From Eubacterium sp. (GTDB taxonomy: Bacteria; Bacillota; Clostridia; Oscillospirales; Acutalibacteraceae), in assembly GCA_017450645.1 (NCBI GenBank), contig JAFSTE010000017.1, positions 23,542 through 87,541 of the forward strand: 64,000 nucleotides of DNA, read 5' to 3'. Within the stretch, counting starts at the first letter, position 1, and every line of letters starts with the position of its first letter. Of the stretch, positions 57,045-64,000 are shown piece after piece. The position numbers and the translations under genes are program-made. The notes beneath the pieces were generated by a model. That model was not told the DNA's origin, made no database searches, and saw only the letters and a list, made by a program, of their open reading frames with translations.

Positions 57045-57689
57045 TTGAAATTGAAATCATACAATCTGTATTTATTCCGTCACGGTCTGACAAAGGCAAA
57101 TGATAACGCACTGTATATTGGGCATACCGATTATCCGCTGTCCACAGATGGTGTATCGGGACTCAAAAACATACAAAAACTACACCACTATCCAAAGGTC
57201 GACGCGGTGTTCGTGTCGCCCCTAAGGCGTGCCGTTTCGAGCGCTGAAATTATGTTTCCGAAAAATAACAAAATTGTAATAGATGATTTTATCGAATACA
57301 ATTTCGGCGAATTTGAGGAGCTGAGCGCGAACGACCTTAAGGATAACGAGGACTTTAAGGCGTGGCTTGTCGGCGACCTTAACGCCCGCCCGCCACACGG
57401 CGAGAGCAACGCCGAGTTTATTCACCGCGTATGCGACGCTTTTGAAAAGGTGGTGGACGGCTGCATTAAAACGGGTACTCAGGATTTTGCAATCGTATCG
57501 CACTCGGGCGTTATTACTACTATCCTTGCCGCTTACGGTCTGCCCGAAGCGCCGCCGGCGCACTGGACTATGGACGCGGGCTACGGCTATAAGCTGCGTA
57601 TTACGCCGTCCCTGTGGATGCAGGGCAAAAAAATAGAGGTGGTCGACACCTCGCCTCAGTCTTTAGAAGAATTGAAAATGGAAAATTGA
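57045..57689 (+). CDS. histidine phosphatase (phosphoglycerate-mutase-like) family protein
   Basis: LYLFRHGLTKAN catalytic RHG motif and downstream H (IVSHSG). The last 7 codons are supplied by the adjacent repeat element. Confidence 0.8.
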   Translation: MKLKSYNLYLFRHGLTKANDNALYIGHTDYPLSTDGVSGLKNIQKLHHYPKVDAVFVSPLRRAVSSAEIMFPKNNKIVIDDFIEYNFGEFEELSANDLKDNEDFKAWLVGDLNARPPHGESNAEFIHRVCDAFEKVVDGCIKTGTQDFAIVSHSGVITTILAAYGLPEAPPAHWTMDAGYGYKLRITPSLWMQGKKIEVVDTSPQSLEELKMEN

Positions 57690-57830
57690 GAATTGAGAGT
57701 TAGGAATTGAGAGTTGAGAGTTGAGAATTGAGAATTTAGGTTACTCGCTTCGCTCGAACAATAATTTTAATCAGGTGTGGACAGAGTCCACCCTTAATTC
57801 TCCATTATACATTCTCAATTCTACATTATA
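57668..57830. repeat. MITE-like structured repeat element, family A (GAGAATTGAGAGTT repeat arms, GTGGACAGAGTCCAC hairpin, GGTTACTCGCTTCGCTCGAAC core)
   Basis: Overlaps the 3' end of the phosphatase CDS. About 90% identical to the element at 58681..58790 over the arm-plus-core segment. Confidence 0.65.
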
Positions 57831-57873
57831 AGAAAGAAGCTCCGCAAGGCTGTGCCCTACGGAGCTTTTAGTT

Positions 57874-58623
57874 TTACTTTTTAACAACTGTTACCTTGCA
57901 AACCTTTTTATATGTTTTGCCGTTATAGGTAAACTTTGCCGTTATCTTAGCCTTGCCGGCTTTTTTGGCGGTAACTTTTCCGCTCTTTGAAACCGTAGCA
58001 ACCTTTTTGTTGCTTGTTGTCCACTTAACCTTTTTGCCCTTCGGGTTTGTGGTGGCTTTGAGCTTAAAGGTCTTGCCTTTTTTTAGCTTTAAAGATGTTC
58101 TGTTAAGAGTAATGCCCTTTGACTTTTTCTTTTCGCGGTCTGTAACCCAGATTTTGTACGGGTGGTCGTCGTCAGTTTCGTAATCAAAATAATTATATAC
58201 TCTGATATAATAATATCCGGCTTTTGTTGTTTTAAAATTAACGTAGTTTGAACCGGTTTCTTCCATTTGATACGAAAATGATATGTCGTTTGTTTCCTGA
58301 CCGTTGCTTTTGTGAAGATTGATAAGCAGCGTTGTTTTTGCAAAATCTCTGCAGAAATTGCTGAAATGGAACTTATACTTATGGTTACCCTTCAACTTAA
58401 TCTTATACCAGTCCTCATCAAGGTCGCCTTTTTCAGTATAGACTGCATAAGAGCCGATTTCGCCCTTGCACTTAGTGCCGACTTTTAAAACTGTTGCCTT
58501 TGCCCTGTAGTCGTTAGGCTCTGATTCTCTGGTAGCAGCCATCGCTGTCGCGGGGCTTAATACCTGCAGAATCATAATTGCAGACAATGCAACTGTGAGT
58601 AATCTTTTAATTTTTTTGTTCAT
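57874..58623 (-). CDS. secreted protein with C-terminal Big_2-like domain, hypothetical
   Basis: ATG at 58623 with GGAGGGAG RBS. Signal peptide MNKKIKRLLTVALSAIMILQVLSPATAMA. C-terminal ..VKWTTSNKKVATVSKSGKVTAKKAGKAKITAKF Big_2 pattern. Confidence 0.7.
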   Translation of the reverse strand: MNKKIKRLLTVALSAIMILQVLSPATAMAATRESEPNDYRAKATVLKVGTKCKGEIGSYAVYTEKGDLDEDWYKIKLKGNHKYKFHFSNFCRDFAKTTLLINLHKSNGQETNDISFSYQMEETGSNYVNFKTTKAGYYYIRVYNYFDYETDDDHPYKIWVTDREKKKSKGITLNRTSLKLKKGKTFKLKATTNPKGKKVKWTTSNKKVATVSKSGKVTAKKAGKAKITAKFTYNGKTYKKVCKVTVVKK

Positions 58624-58680
58624 AAATCTCCCTCCATAAATAATTGGTAATAATATTATAGCATTAATTGCACTTGCGGT

Positions 58681-58790
58681 CAATTGAAGAATTGAGAGTT
58701 GAGAGTTGAGAATTGAGAATTTAGGTTACTCGCTTCGCTCGAACAATAATTATAATAGCTGTGCGCAGGACCCTCAATTCATAATTTATA
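58681..58790. repeat. MITE-like structured repeat element, family A copy
   Basis: CAATTGAAGAATTGAGAGTTGAGAGTTGAGAATTGAGAATTTAGGTTACTCGCTTCGCTCGAACAATAATT... Confidence 0.65.
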
Positions 58791-58824
58791 ACTATAATAA
58801 AAGGGGCTTTAAAGCCCCTTTTAG

Positions 58825-60504
58825 TTATGCAACCGTCGTGGACTCGGTTTCGTCCTTTTCGGTTGTGAATTCAAATGTCGTTACTTCGCCGTAATGCTCG
58901 TTTGCAATTGTCTGAGTCATCGGCGCAGCGCCTTCGCTGAAAAATCCGTCCTCGGGACAGGTCTGCGTGTCCGGTCTTAACGCAGCAAGCGTGATATTCG
59001 ACTTGCCGTAGAGCGCCATCTGCAGATTATACGCGTCCGCCGGATAGTCGGGACGCCATACCCACTGCTTATAATATGTGCCGCCCTTTAATCTGTAGTC
59101 GGGCAGGTTTTGCATATTAATCTTGTAATCAAGCCAGCCCTGAGTAATCGCATACTTTGCAATCTTTACAATCTCGCCCTTGTTAAAGCTTGTTTTAACA
59201 TAGGGGATAAGCTTGTTTACTATTTTTATAAGCTTAACCTTGGACGCGTCCTTACTCTGATTAAATATCTCGATAAGACAGGTCTTTTGTCTGTCGGCGC
59301 GCTTGTTGTCGGAGTCAAGCTTTCGGATTCGGCAGTACGCAAGCGCCTGCTTAGCGTTTAGCTTTTGCTTGCCCTTGTCGCCCTCAAACTGCTTTTCAAT
59401 AGTAACGCGGTTGTATCTGAGCGGTTTTGAATTAATCTCGTTAATCTCGGCGTCGGTCATCTCTATAGTAACGCCGCCGAGCGCGTCAACAATACCCTCA
59501 AACGAGTCAAAGTTTACTATAGCGTACTGGTCGATGTCGATTTTGTAAAGGCTTTCAACGCAGTTGATGTAGCCGTTGATGTCAACAGTTGACATAGCGC
59601 CATTGATTTTGCCGAACTGTCCGCTCTCGCTGTTGCCCTTTTCCTTTTCCCAGTATGCCCAGGCGTCACGCAAAATCGAGGTGAGCACAATCTGCTGAGT
59701 GTCGATATTAACGCTTACTATAATTGCCGAGTCTGCGCGCGTACCCTCGTCAAGTATCTTAGTACCGCGCGTGTCCTCGCCGACAAGCAGCACATTAAGC
59801 ACATGGCTTGACGAGCAGGGAGCGCCGTTGTAATACCAGGACTTAATCATATCGTTAAGCGACGACAGCTCGCTTGCCTCGGTTTCGCTAATCGGGTCGA
59901 AGTTTTCAACAAGCTCGTCCATACCCGTCCACTTGCTTTCAACGGTGGCAGCGGTGTTATCGTTATTTTTCATAAGCCTGTCGAGCATATTGTTAGCAAC
60001 GGCTGCCGCAACAATGCCCGCAATCAAAATCAGCGCGATAATAGCGGTAATAATTTTAATAATTGTCTTTTTGGTTTTAGACATAGGCTTTTTTTCGCGT
60101 GCGGGCTCCTCGTACTCGGGCTCGGCATACTCATCCTCCTCAGCTTCGAGCTCGTCGTCCTCGCTGATTGCCATAAGGTCAACGAACTCGCTTTGCTCGG
60201 GCTCCTCCTCCGCTTCGGGCTCTTTGTCAATTTCTATTTCGAGCTCCTCTATAGCTTCGTCGGCTTCCTGCGCTTCTTCCTGCACCGTGTCCTCGGTCGG
60301 CTCTGCTTCGGGCTCCTCGTCAGGAATTTCCATCACTTCCTCGACCGGCTCGTCGGCTGCTTCGTCGGCAGGCTCGCTTACCGTTTCCTCTTTTGGAACT
60401 TCGCTCGCTTCCTGTTCAGGCTCAGCTCTTAGCTGCATTTCCTGTTCTTCTCTTCGTTTTTTAACTTCAGAGAGAATATCGTCAATATTGTATTCTTTAT
60501 CCAA
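58825..60504 (-). CDS. LytR-CpsA-Psr (LCP) family cell-wall polymer transferase with long acidic N-terminal cytoplasmic region
   Basis: LCP core HVLNVLLVGEDTRGTKILDEGTRADSAIIVSVN ... R..D. N-terminal ~150 aa is D/E-rich before the TM IIKIITAIIALILIAGIVAAAVA. Confidence 0.82.
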   Translation of the reverse strand: MDKEYNIDDILSEVKKRREEQEMQLRAEPEQEASEVPKEETVSEPADEAADEPVEEVMEIPDEEPEAEPTEDTVQEEAQEADEAIEELEIEIDKEPEAEEEPEQSEFVDLMAISEDDELEAEEDEYAEPEYEEPAREKKPMSKTKKTIIKIITAIIALILIAGIVAAAVANNMLDRLMKNNDNTAATVESKWTGMDELVENFDPISETEASELSSLNDMIKSWYYNGAPCSSSHVLNVLLVGEDTRGTKILDEGTRADSAIIVSVNIDTQQIVLTSILRDAWAYWEKEKGNSESGQFGKINGAMSTVDINGYINCVESLYKIDIDQYAIVNFDSFEGIVDALGGVTIEMTDAEINEINSKPLRYNRVTIEKQFEGDKGKQKLNAKQALAYCRIRKLDSDNKRADRQKTCLIEIFNQSKDASKVKLIKIVNKLIPYVKTSFNKGEIVKIAKYAITQGWLDYKINMQNLPDYRLKGGTYYKQWVWRPDYPADAYNLQMALYGKSNITLAALRPDTQTCPEDGFFSEGAAPMTQTIANEHYGEVTTFEFTTEKDETESTTVA

Positions 60505-60598
60505 TACTATTCTCCTTGTTCATCACTGAATTTACACTCTCTTTTTAACCGAAATTATTAAATACGGTTTGAATTTGAAGTAAATATTTTATGAACTC

Positions 60599-63106
60599 TT
60601 AGTTTTCAGCACTTTCTTCAGGCGCTTGTTCAGCCTCGGCATTTTCTTCCTCAGCGTCAAATTCCTCTTCCTCATATTTATCAACTATCGAAAGTGTGGC
60701 AAGTCTTTCGCCGTCGTTAACGCGCATTACCTTAACGCCCTTACCCGGACGCTTAACCTCGCTTATTTGCTCGGCGTGCGTGCGGATAACAATACCGTCG
60801 GTGGTAATCATAATAACGTCGTTACTGTCGTCAACCGGCGCAATCATCGAAACCTTGCCGAACTGAGCGGTGCGGTAGTTGATAAGACCTTTACCCGCTC
60901 TTGACTGAATACGGTAGTCGCCAAAGTCGCTCTTTCTGCCGTAGCCCGTTTCGGATACGGTAAGGAGCTGCTTGCCCTCTACCACAACGGCAAAGCCAAC
61001 AACGTAGTCGCCTTCTGAAAGCTGAATAGCCTTAACGCCTCTTGCGGTTCTGCCGATAAGACGCGCGTCGCTCTCTTTAAAGCAGATTGCCATACCGTCG
61101 TGAGTCGCAACAATAAGGCTGCGCTCGCCGTCAGTAACATCAACCCAGCAAAGCTCGTCACCCTCGTCAAGATTAATTGCGATAATACCGCTCTTTCTGA
61201 TGTGGTCGTACTGGCTGATAGCGGTCCTCTTAATAATACCGTTTCTGGTGACCATACACAGATACGCTCTGTCTTCCTCTTTCGGAATCTTAACCATAGC
61301 GGTTACGGTTTCGCCGTTTTCAAGCGGAAGAAGGTTTACAACATTCATACCCTTGCTCGTTCTTGAAGCCTCGGGAATCTGGTAGCCCTTCATCTTAAAC
61401 ACCTTACCCATATTTGTAAAGATAAATACAAAGTCGTGGGTGGAGCAGGTGAACATTGTTTTCGCGTAGTCCTCCTCGCGGCGCGACATACCCATAATGC
61501 CCTTGCCGCCCCTGTTCTGCGCCTTGTAGGTGTCGACCGTCTGGCGCTTCATATAACCCTTTTCGGTAAGGGTGAGGATACAGTCCTCGACGGGGATAAG
61601 GTCCTCGTCGTCAACATCGCCGGTGAATGCGGAAATCTCGGTACGTCTTTCGTCGCCGTATTTCTCGGCGATTTCGCGGGATTCCTCTTTAATAATATCT
61701 GCGATTCTCGACTCGTGAGCTAGAATATCGAGATAATCCTTAATTCTTTCGTGAAGCTCGTCGAGTTCGTTAAGTATCTTTTCGATTTCAAGTCCTGCGA
61801 GCTGACCTAAACGGTAAGCTACGATTGCGCTCGCCTGCGGGTCGTCAAAGCCGAACTTGTCCATAATAGCCTGCTTAGCTTCTGCCTGTCCGCCCTTGCA
61901 GGCACGGATTGTTGCGATAACCTCGTCAACTATGTCGATAGCTTTTGCAAGACCTTCTAAGATATGCGCCCTCTCCTGAGCTTTTTTAAGGTCGAACTCG
62001 GTTCTCCTCTTTATTATATCCTTCTGGAAGGCGATATATTTTTCGAGTATCTGCTTAAGGTTCATTACCTTAGGCACGCCGTCGTCGAGCGCAAGAAGAA
62101 TTGCGCCGAAGGTTACCTGCATATCGGTGAGCTTGTAAAGGTTGTTGAGCACAACCTGCGCGTTTGCGTCGCGCTTAACGGTAACCTCAATATGCATACC
62201 GCGGCGGTCGGAGTAATCCTGTATATCGGCAACGCCTTCAAGGCGCTTTTCCTTTACCAAATCGGCGATACGGGTAATAAGTCTCGCCTTGTTTACGCCG
62301 TAGGGGATTTCGCTTACAACGATTTTAAAGCGGTCGCCCTTAGCCTCAACAATCTCCGCCCTTGCGCGAACATAAATCTTTCCGCGGCCCGTAGCATAAG
62401 CCTCGCGGATACCCTTCGCGCCCATAATAATACCTGCGGTCGGGAAGTCGGGGCCCTTGATATGCTCCATAAGCTCCTCGAGCTCAGCCTCGGGATTATC
62501 GATAAGGCAGCACATACCCTCAACAACCTCGCGCATATTGTGCGGCGGGATGTTGGTAGCCATACCTACCGCGATACCTGCAGAGCCGTTTACCAGAAGG
62601 TTAGGAAATCTTGCCGGAAGTACGGTCGGCTCGTTTTCGGTGTCGTCAAAGTTCGGCGCCCAGTCAACGGTTTCTTTCTTAATATCGTCGAGCATTTTAA
62701 GCGCGGTTTTGCTAAGCCTGCTCTCGGTGTAACGGTAAGCAGCAGGCGGGTCGCCGTCGATGGAACCGAAGTTACCGTGACCGTCAACCAAAATGTGGCG
62801 CATAGAAAATGTCTGCGCGAGTCTTACCATAGCGTCATAAACCGACGCGTCACCGTGAGGATGGTAATGACCGAGCACATCACCGACAGTGGTAGCGCAC
62901 TTTCTGTACGGGCTTGTCGGATAAAGGCTGTTTTTATACATAGCGTACAAAATCCTTCTGTGAACGGGCTTAAGTCCGTCGCGCACGTCGGGAAGCGCAC
63001 GCGATACAATAACGCTCATTGAGTAGTCAAGGAACGCCTTTCTGATTTCGTCGCTAATCTCTACATCTACGATTTTTTGGCTGTCATAGCGTATTTCTTC
63101 GTTCAT
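60599..63106 (-). CDS. gyrA: DNA gyrase subunit A
   Basis: Active-site region [40 protein letters not shown]-terminal beta-pinwheel repeats and acidic tail. 835 aa. Confidence 0.95.
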   Translation of the reverse strand: MNEEIRYDSQKIVDVEISDEIRKAFLDYSMSVIVSRALPDVRDGLKPVHRRILYAMYKNSLYPTSPYRKCATTVGDVLGHYHPHGDASVYDAMVRLAQTFSMRHILVDGHGNFGSIDGDPPAAYRYTESRLSKTALKMLDDIKKETVDWAPNFDDTENEPTVLPARFPNLLVNGSAGIAVGMATNIPPHNMREVVEGMCCLIDNPEAELEELMEHIKGPDFPTAGIIMGAKGIREAYATGRGKIYVRARAEIVEAKGDRFKIVVSEIPYGVNKARLITRIADLVKEKRLEGVADIQDYSDRRGMHIEVTVKRDANAQVVLNNLYKLTDMQVTFGAILLALDDGVPKVMNLKQILEKYIAFQKDIIKRRTEFDLKKAQERAHILEGLAKAIDIVDEVIATIRACKGGQAEAKQAIMDKFGFDDPQASAIVAYRLGQLAGLEIEKILNELDELHERIKDYLDILAHESRIADIIKEESREIAEKYGDERRTEISAFTGDVDDEDLIPVEDCILTLTEKGYMKRQTVDTYKAQNRGGKGIMGMSRREEDYAKTMFTCSTHDFVFIFTNMGKVFKMKGYQIPEASRTSKGMNVVNLLPLENGETVTAMVKIPKEEDRAYLCMVTRNGIIKRTAISQYDHIRKSGIIAINLDEGDELCWVDVTDGERSLIVATHDGMAICFKESDARLIGRTARGVKAIQLSEGDYVVGFAVVVEGKQLLTVSETGYGRKSDFGDYRIQSRAGKGLINYRTAQFGKVSMIAPVDDSNDVIMITTDGIVIRTHAEQISEVKRPGKGVKVMRVNDGERLATLSIVDKYEEEEFDAEEENAEAEQAPEESAEN

Positions 63107-63179
63107 ATAAAATCTCCTATAACCTTATTGCCTCCCTTGCCAAAGGGAGGGGGACCACGAAGTGGTGGAGGGATGGTCG
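63107..63179 (-). ncRNA. conserved structured 5'-leader element (family C) immediately upstream of gyrA RBS
   Basis: Minus strand reads CGACCAUCCCUCC-ACCACUUCGUGGU-CCCCCUCCCUUUGGCAAGGGAGGCAAUAAGG-UUAUAGGAGAUUUUAUAUG. The hairpin-1 sequence differs from the mnmG copy but keeps pairing (ACCGC/GCGGU versus ACCAC/GUGGU). Confidence 0.6.
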
Positions 63180-63215
63180 TTTCTTGTTAAGTAGATTAAC
63201 AAAAGTCGACTTTCC

Positions 63216-63572
63216 TTAATAATTAGACATTCTGTTTTTTACAATGCTATCAATATACTGACAACATTCATCAAAACTATTATCAATATAGTCATTTGTT
63301 ATCCTTAATACCAAAAGACCATACTTTTCGATGTTGTTTGTGCGTATTGCTTCACTGTTTCCCGTAAATTTATGATACTCTCCGTCTATTTCTATTACTA
63401 ATTTAGCCTTAGAACAATAGAAATCTACAATATAATTGTCAATTACTTTTTGTCTTAAAAAATTTACAGGATAATTTCTTAAAAAATCATACCACAATTT
63501 CTTTTCCTGCGGTGTTTGATTTTTTCTTAATTCTCTTGAGTTATATGTTAATTCAGGATTATGTTTTTTCAT
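63216..63572 (-). CDS. DUF559 (Vsr/PD-(D/E)xK-like) endonuclease-like protein, AT-rich, inserted between gyrB and gyrA
   Basis: YIVDFYCSKAKLVIEIDGEYHKF...RTNNIEKYGLLVLRI matches the DUF559 core. Codon usage is visibly AT-rich compared with its neighbours. Confidence 0.7.
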   Translation of the reverse strand: MKKHNPELTYNSRELRKNQTPQEKKLWYDFLRNYPVNFLRQKVIDNYIVDFYCSKAKLVIEIDGEYHKFTGNSEAIRTNNIEKYGLLVLRITNDYIDNSFDECCQYIDSIVKNRMSNY

Positions 63573-63616
63573 ATTAAAACATTAGAATTGTTTGTTTTAA
63601 CACTTCTGTTTAGTAA

Positions 63617-63830
63617 GCGACCATCCCTCCGTCTGCTTCGCAGCCACCTCCCTTTAGCAAGGGAGGCAAATAGGATTGATGATTATATTTGCGACCATCC
63701 CTCCGTCTGCTTCGCAGCCACCTCCCTTTAGCAAGGGAGGCAAATAGGATTGATGATTATATTTGCGACCATCCCTCCGTCTGCTTCGCAGCCACCTCCC
63801 TTTGGCAAGGGAGGCAAATAGGTATCTCGC
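63617..63830 (+). repeat. three tandem 74-bp copies of the family C element (plus-strand orientation), last copy truncated and followed by GGTATCTCGCTTCGCTC core
   Basis: Copies start at 63617, 63691 and 63765. Unit is GCGACCATCCCTCCGTCTGCTTCGCAGCCACCTCCCTTTAGCAAGGGAGGCAAATAGGATTGATGATTATATTT. Each unit contains a 22-codon mini-[25 protein letters not shown]. Confidence 0.85.
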
Positions 63831-63837
63831 TTCGCTC

Positions 63838-63991
63838 AATCAATCATTATACGTCAAGATTTTGTACAAACTTTGCATTCTTTTCAATAAATTCACGGCG
63901 CGGTTCAACGTTATCTCCCATCAAAATAGAGAAGTTTTCGCTTGCGCGCTGCGCGTCGTCAATGGTGACTCTGAGCATTGTTCTGTACTCG
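63838..63991 (-). CDS. gyrB: DNA gyrase subunit B, C-terminal end (partial, continues beyond window)
   Basis: Minus-strand translation ...[41 protein letters not shown] matches the conserved GyrB C-terminus (LMGD.VEPRR.FIE.NA..V.NLD). Stop at 63838..63840. Confidence 0.85.
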
Positions 63992-64000
63992 GGGTCCATA

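Noticed and set aside
61964-63022. 352-aa plus-strand ORF
   Set aside because: Antisense to gyrA, whose identity is unambiguous.
63654-63839. 61-aa minus-strand ORF
   Set aside because: Reads through the three tandem 74-bp repeats. A periodic artefact.
1-63991. CRISPR array or cas genes
   Set aside because: No regularly spaced 25-40 bp direct repeats with unique spacers. The tandem repeats present are coding repeats or 74-bp structured units without spacers.

Overview
This window looks like a Clostridia-type (Firmicutes) chromosome with ~50-55% GC and gene-dense content, dominated by the minus strand from ~25.7 kb onward. The right half carries the conserved origin-proximal block, all on the minus strand: gyrB(partial)-gyrA ... 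rpmH-rnpA-yidD-yidC-jag-mnmE-mnmG-rsmG-(ParB/Noc-like)-soj-spo0J(parB)-serS. Two consensus parS sites lie between soj and the noc-like gene. The left half is accessory. It contains a partial giant secreted repeat protein; a Ser/Thr-kinase/PP2C-phosphatase pair next to two FHA-domain proteins (one is an extracytoplasmic trypsin-like protease-TM-FHA fusion); an AgrA-like LytTR two-component pair; a Spo0A gene; and a tRNA-Gln(CUG) followed by an AT-rich ~3.3 kb island (a DUF4379 zinc-ribbon-repeat/DUF559 nuclease-like protein plus an unknown partner) ending at a truncated tyrosine-integrase remnant. Further along are nrdG-nrdD-trxB, where NrdD carries a C-terminal NrdH/glutaredoxin-like redoxin fusion, and an asnS-asnA operon behind an Asn T-box leader. 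A YdjGHI-like membrane-stress module (SPFH protein with triple zinc ribbons, zinc-ribbon protein, TPM protein) sits next to a zinc-ribbon protein carrying a Sup35-like Q/G/Y-rich repeat. There is also a surface-protein locus with three BspA-type LRR paralogs and an O-antigen-ligase-like gene. Intergenic DNA is unusually rich in short structured repeat elements that share a GGTTACTCGCTTCGCTC-like core. One sub-family forms a conserved hairpin-containing 5' leader directly upstream of both gyrA and mnmG. The same element occurs as three tandem 74-bp copies next to an AT-rich DUF559 gene inserted between gyrB and gyrA. No CRISPR array, rRNA or complete transposase was seen. The last sequence line is short, so the window appears to end near 63991.
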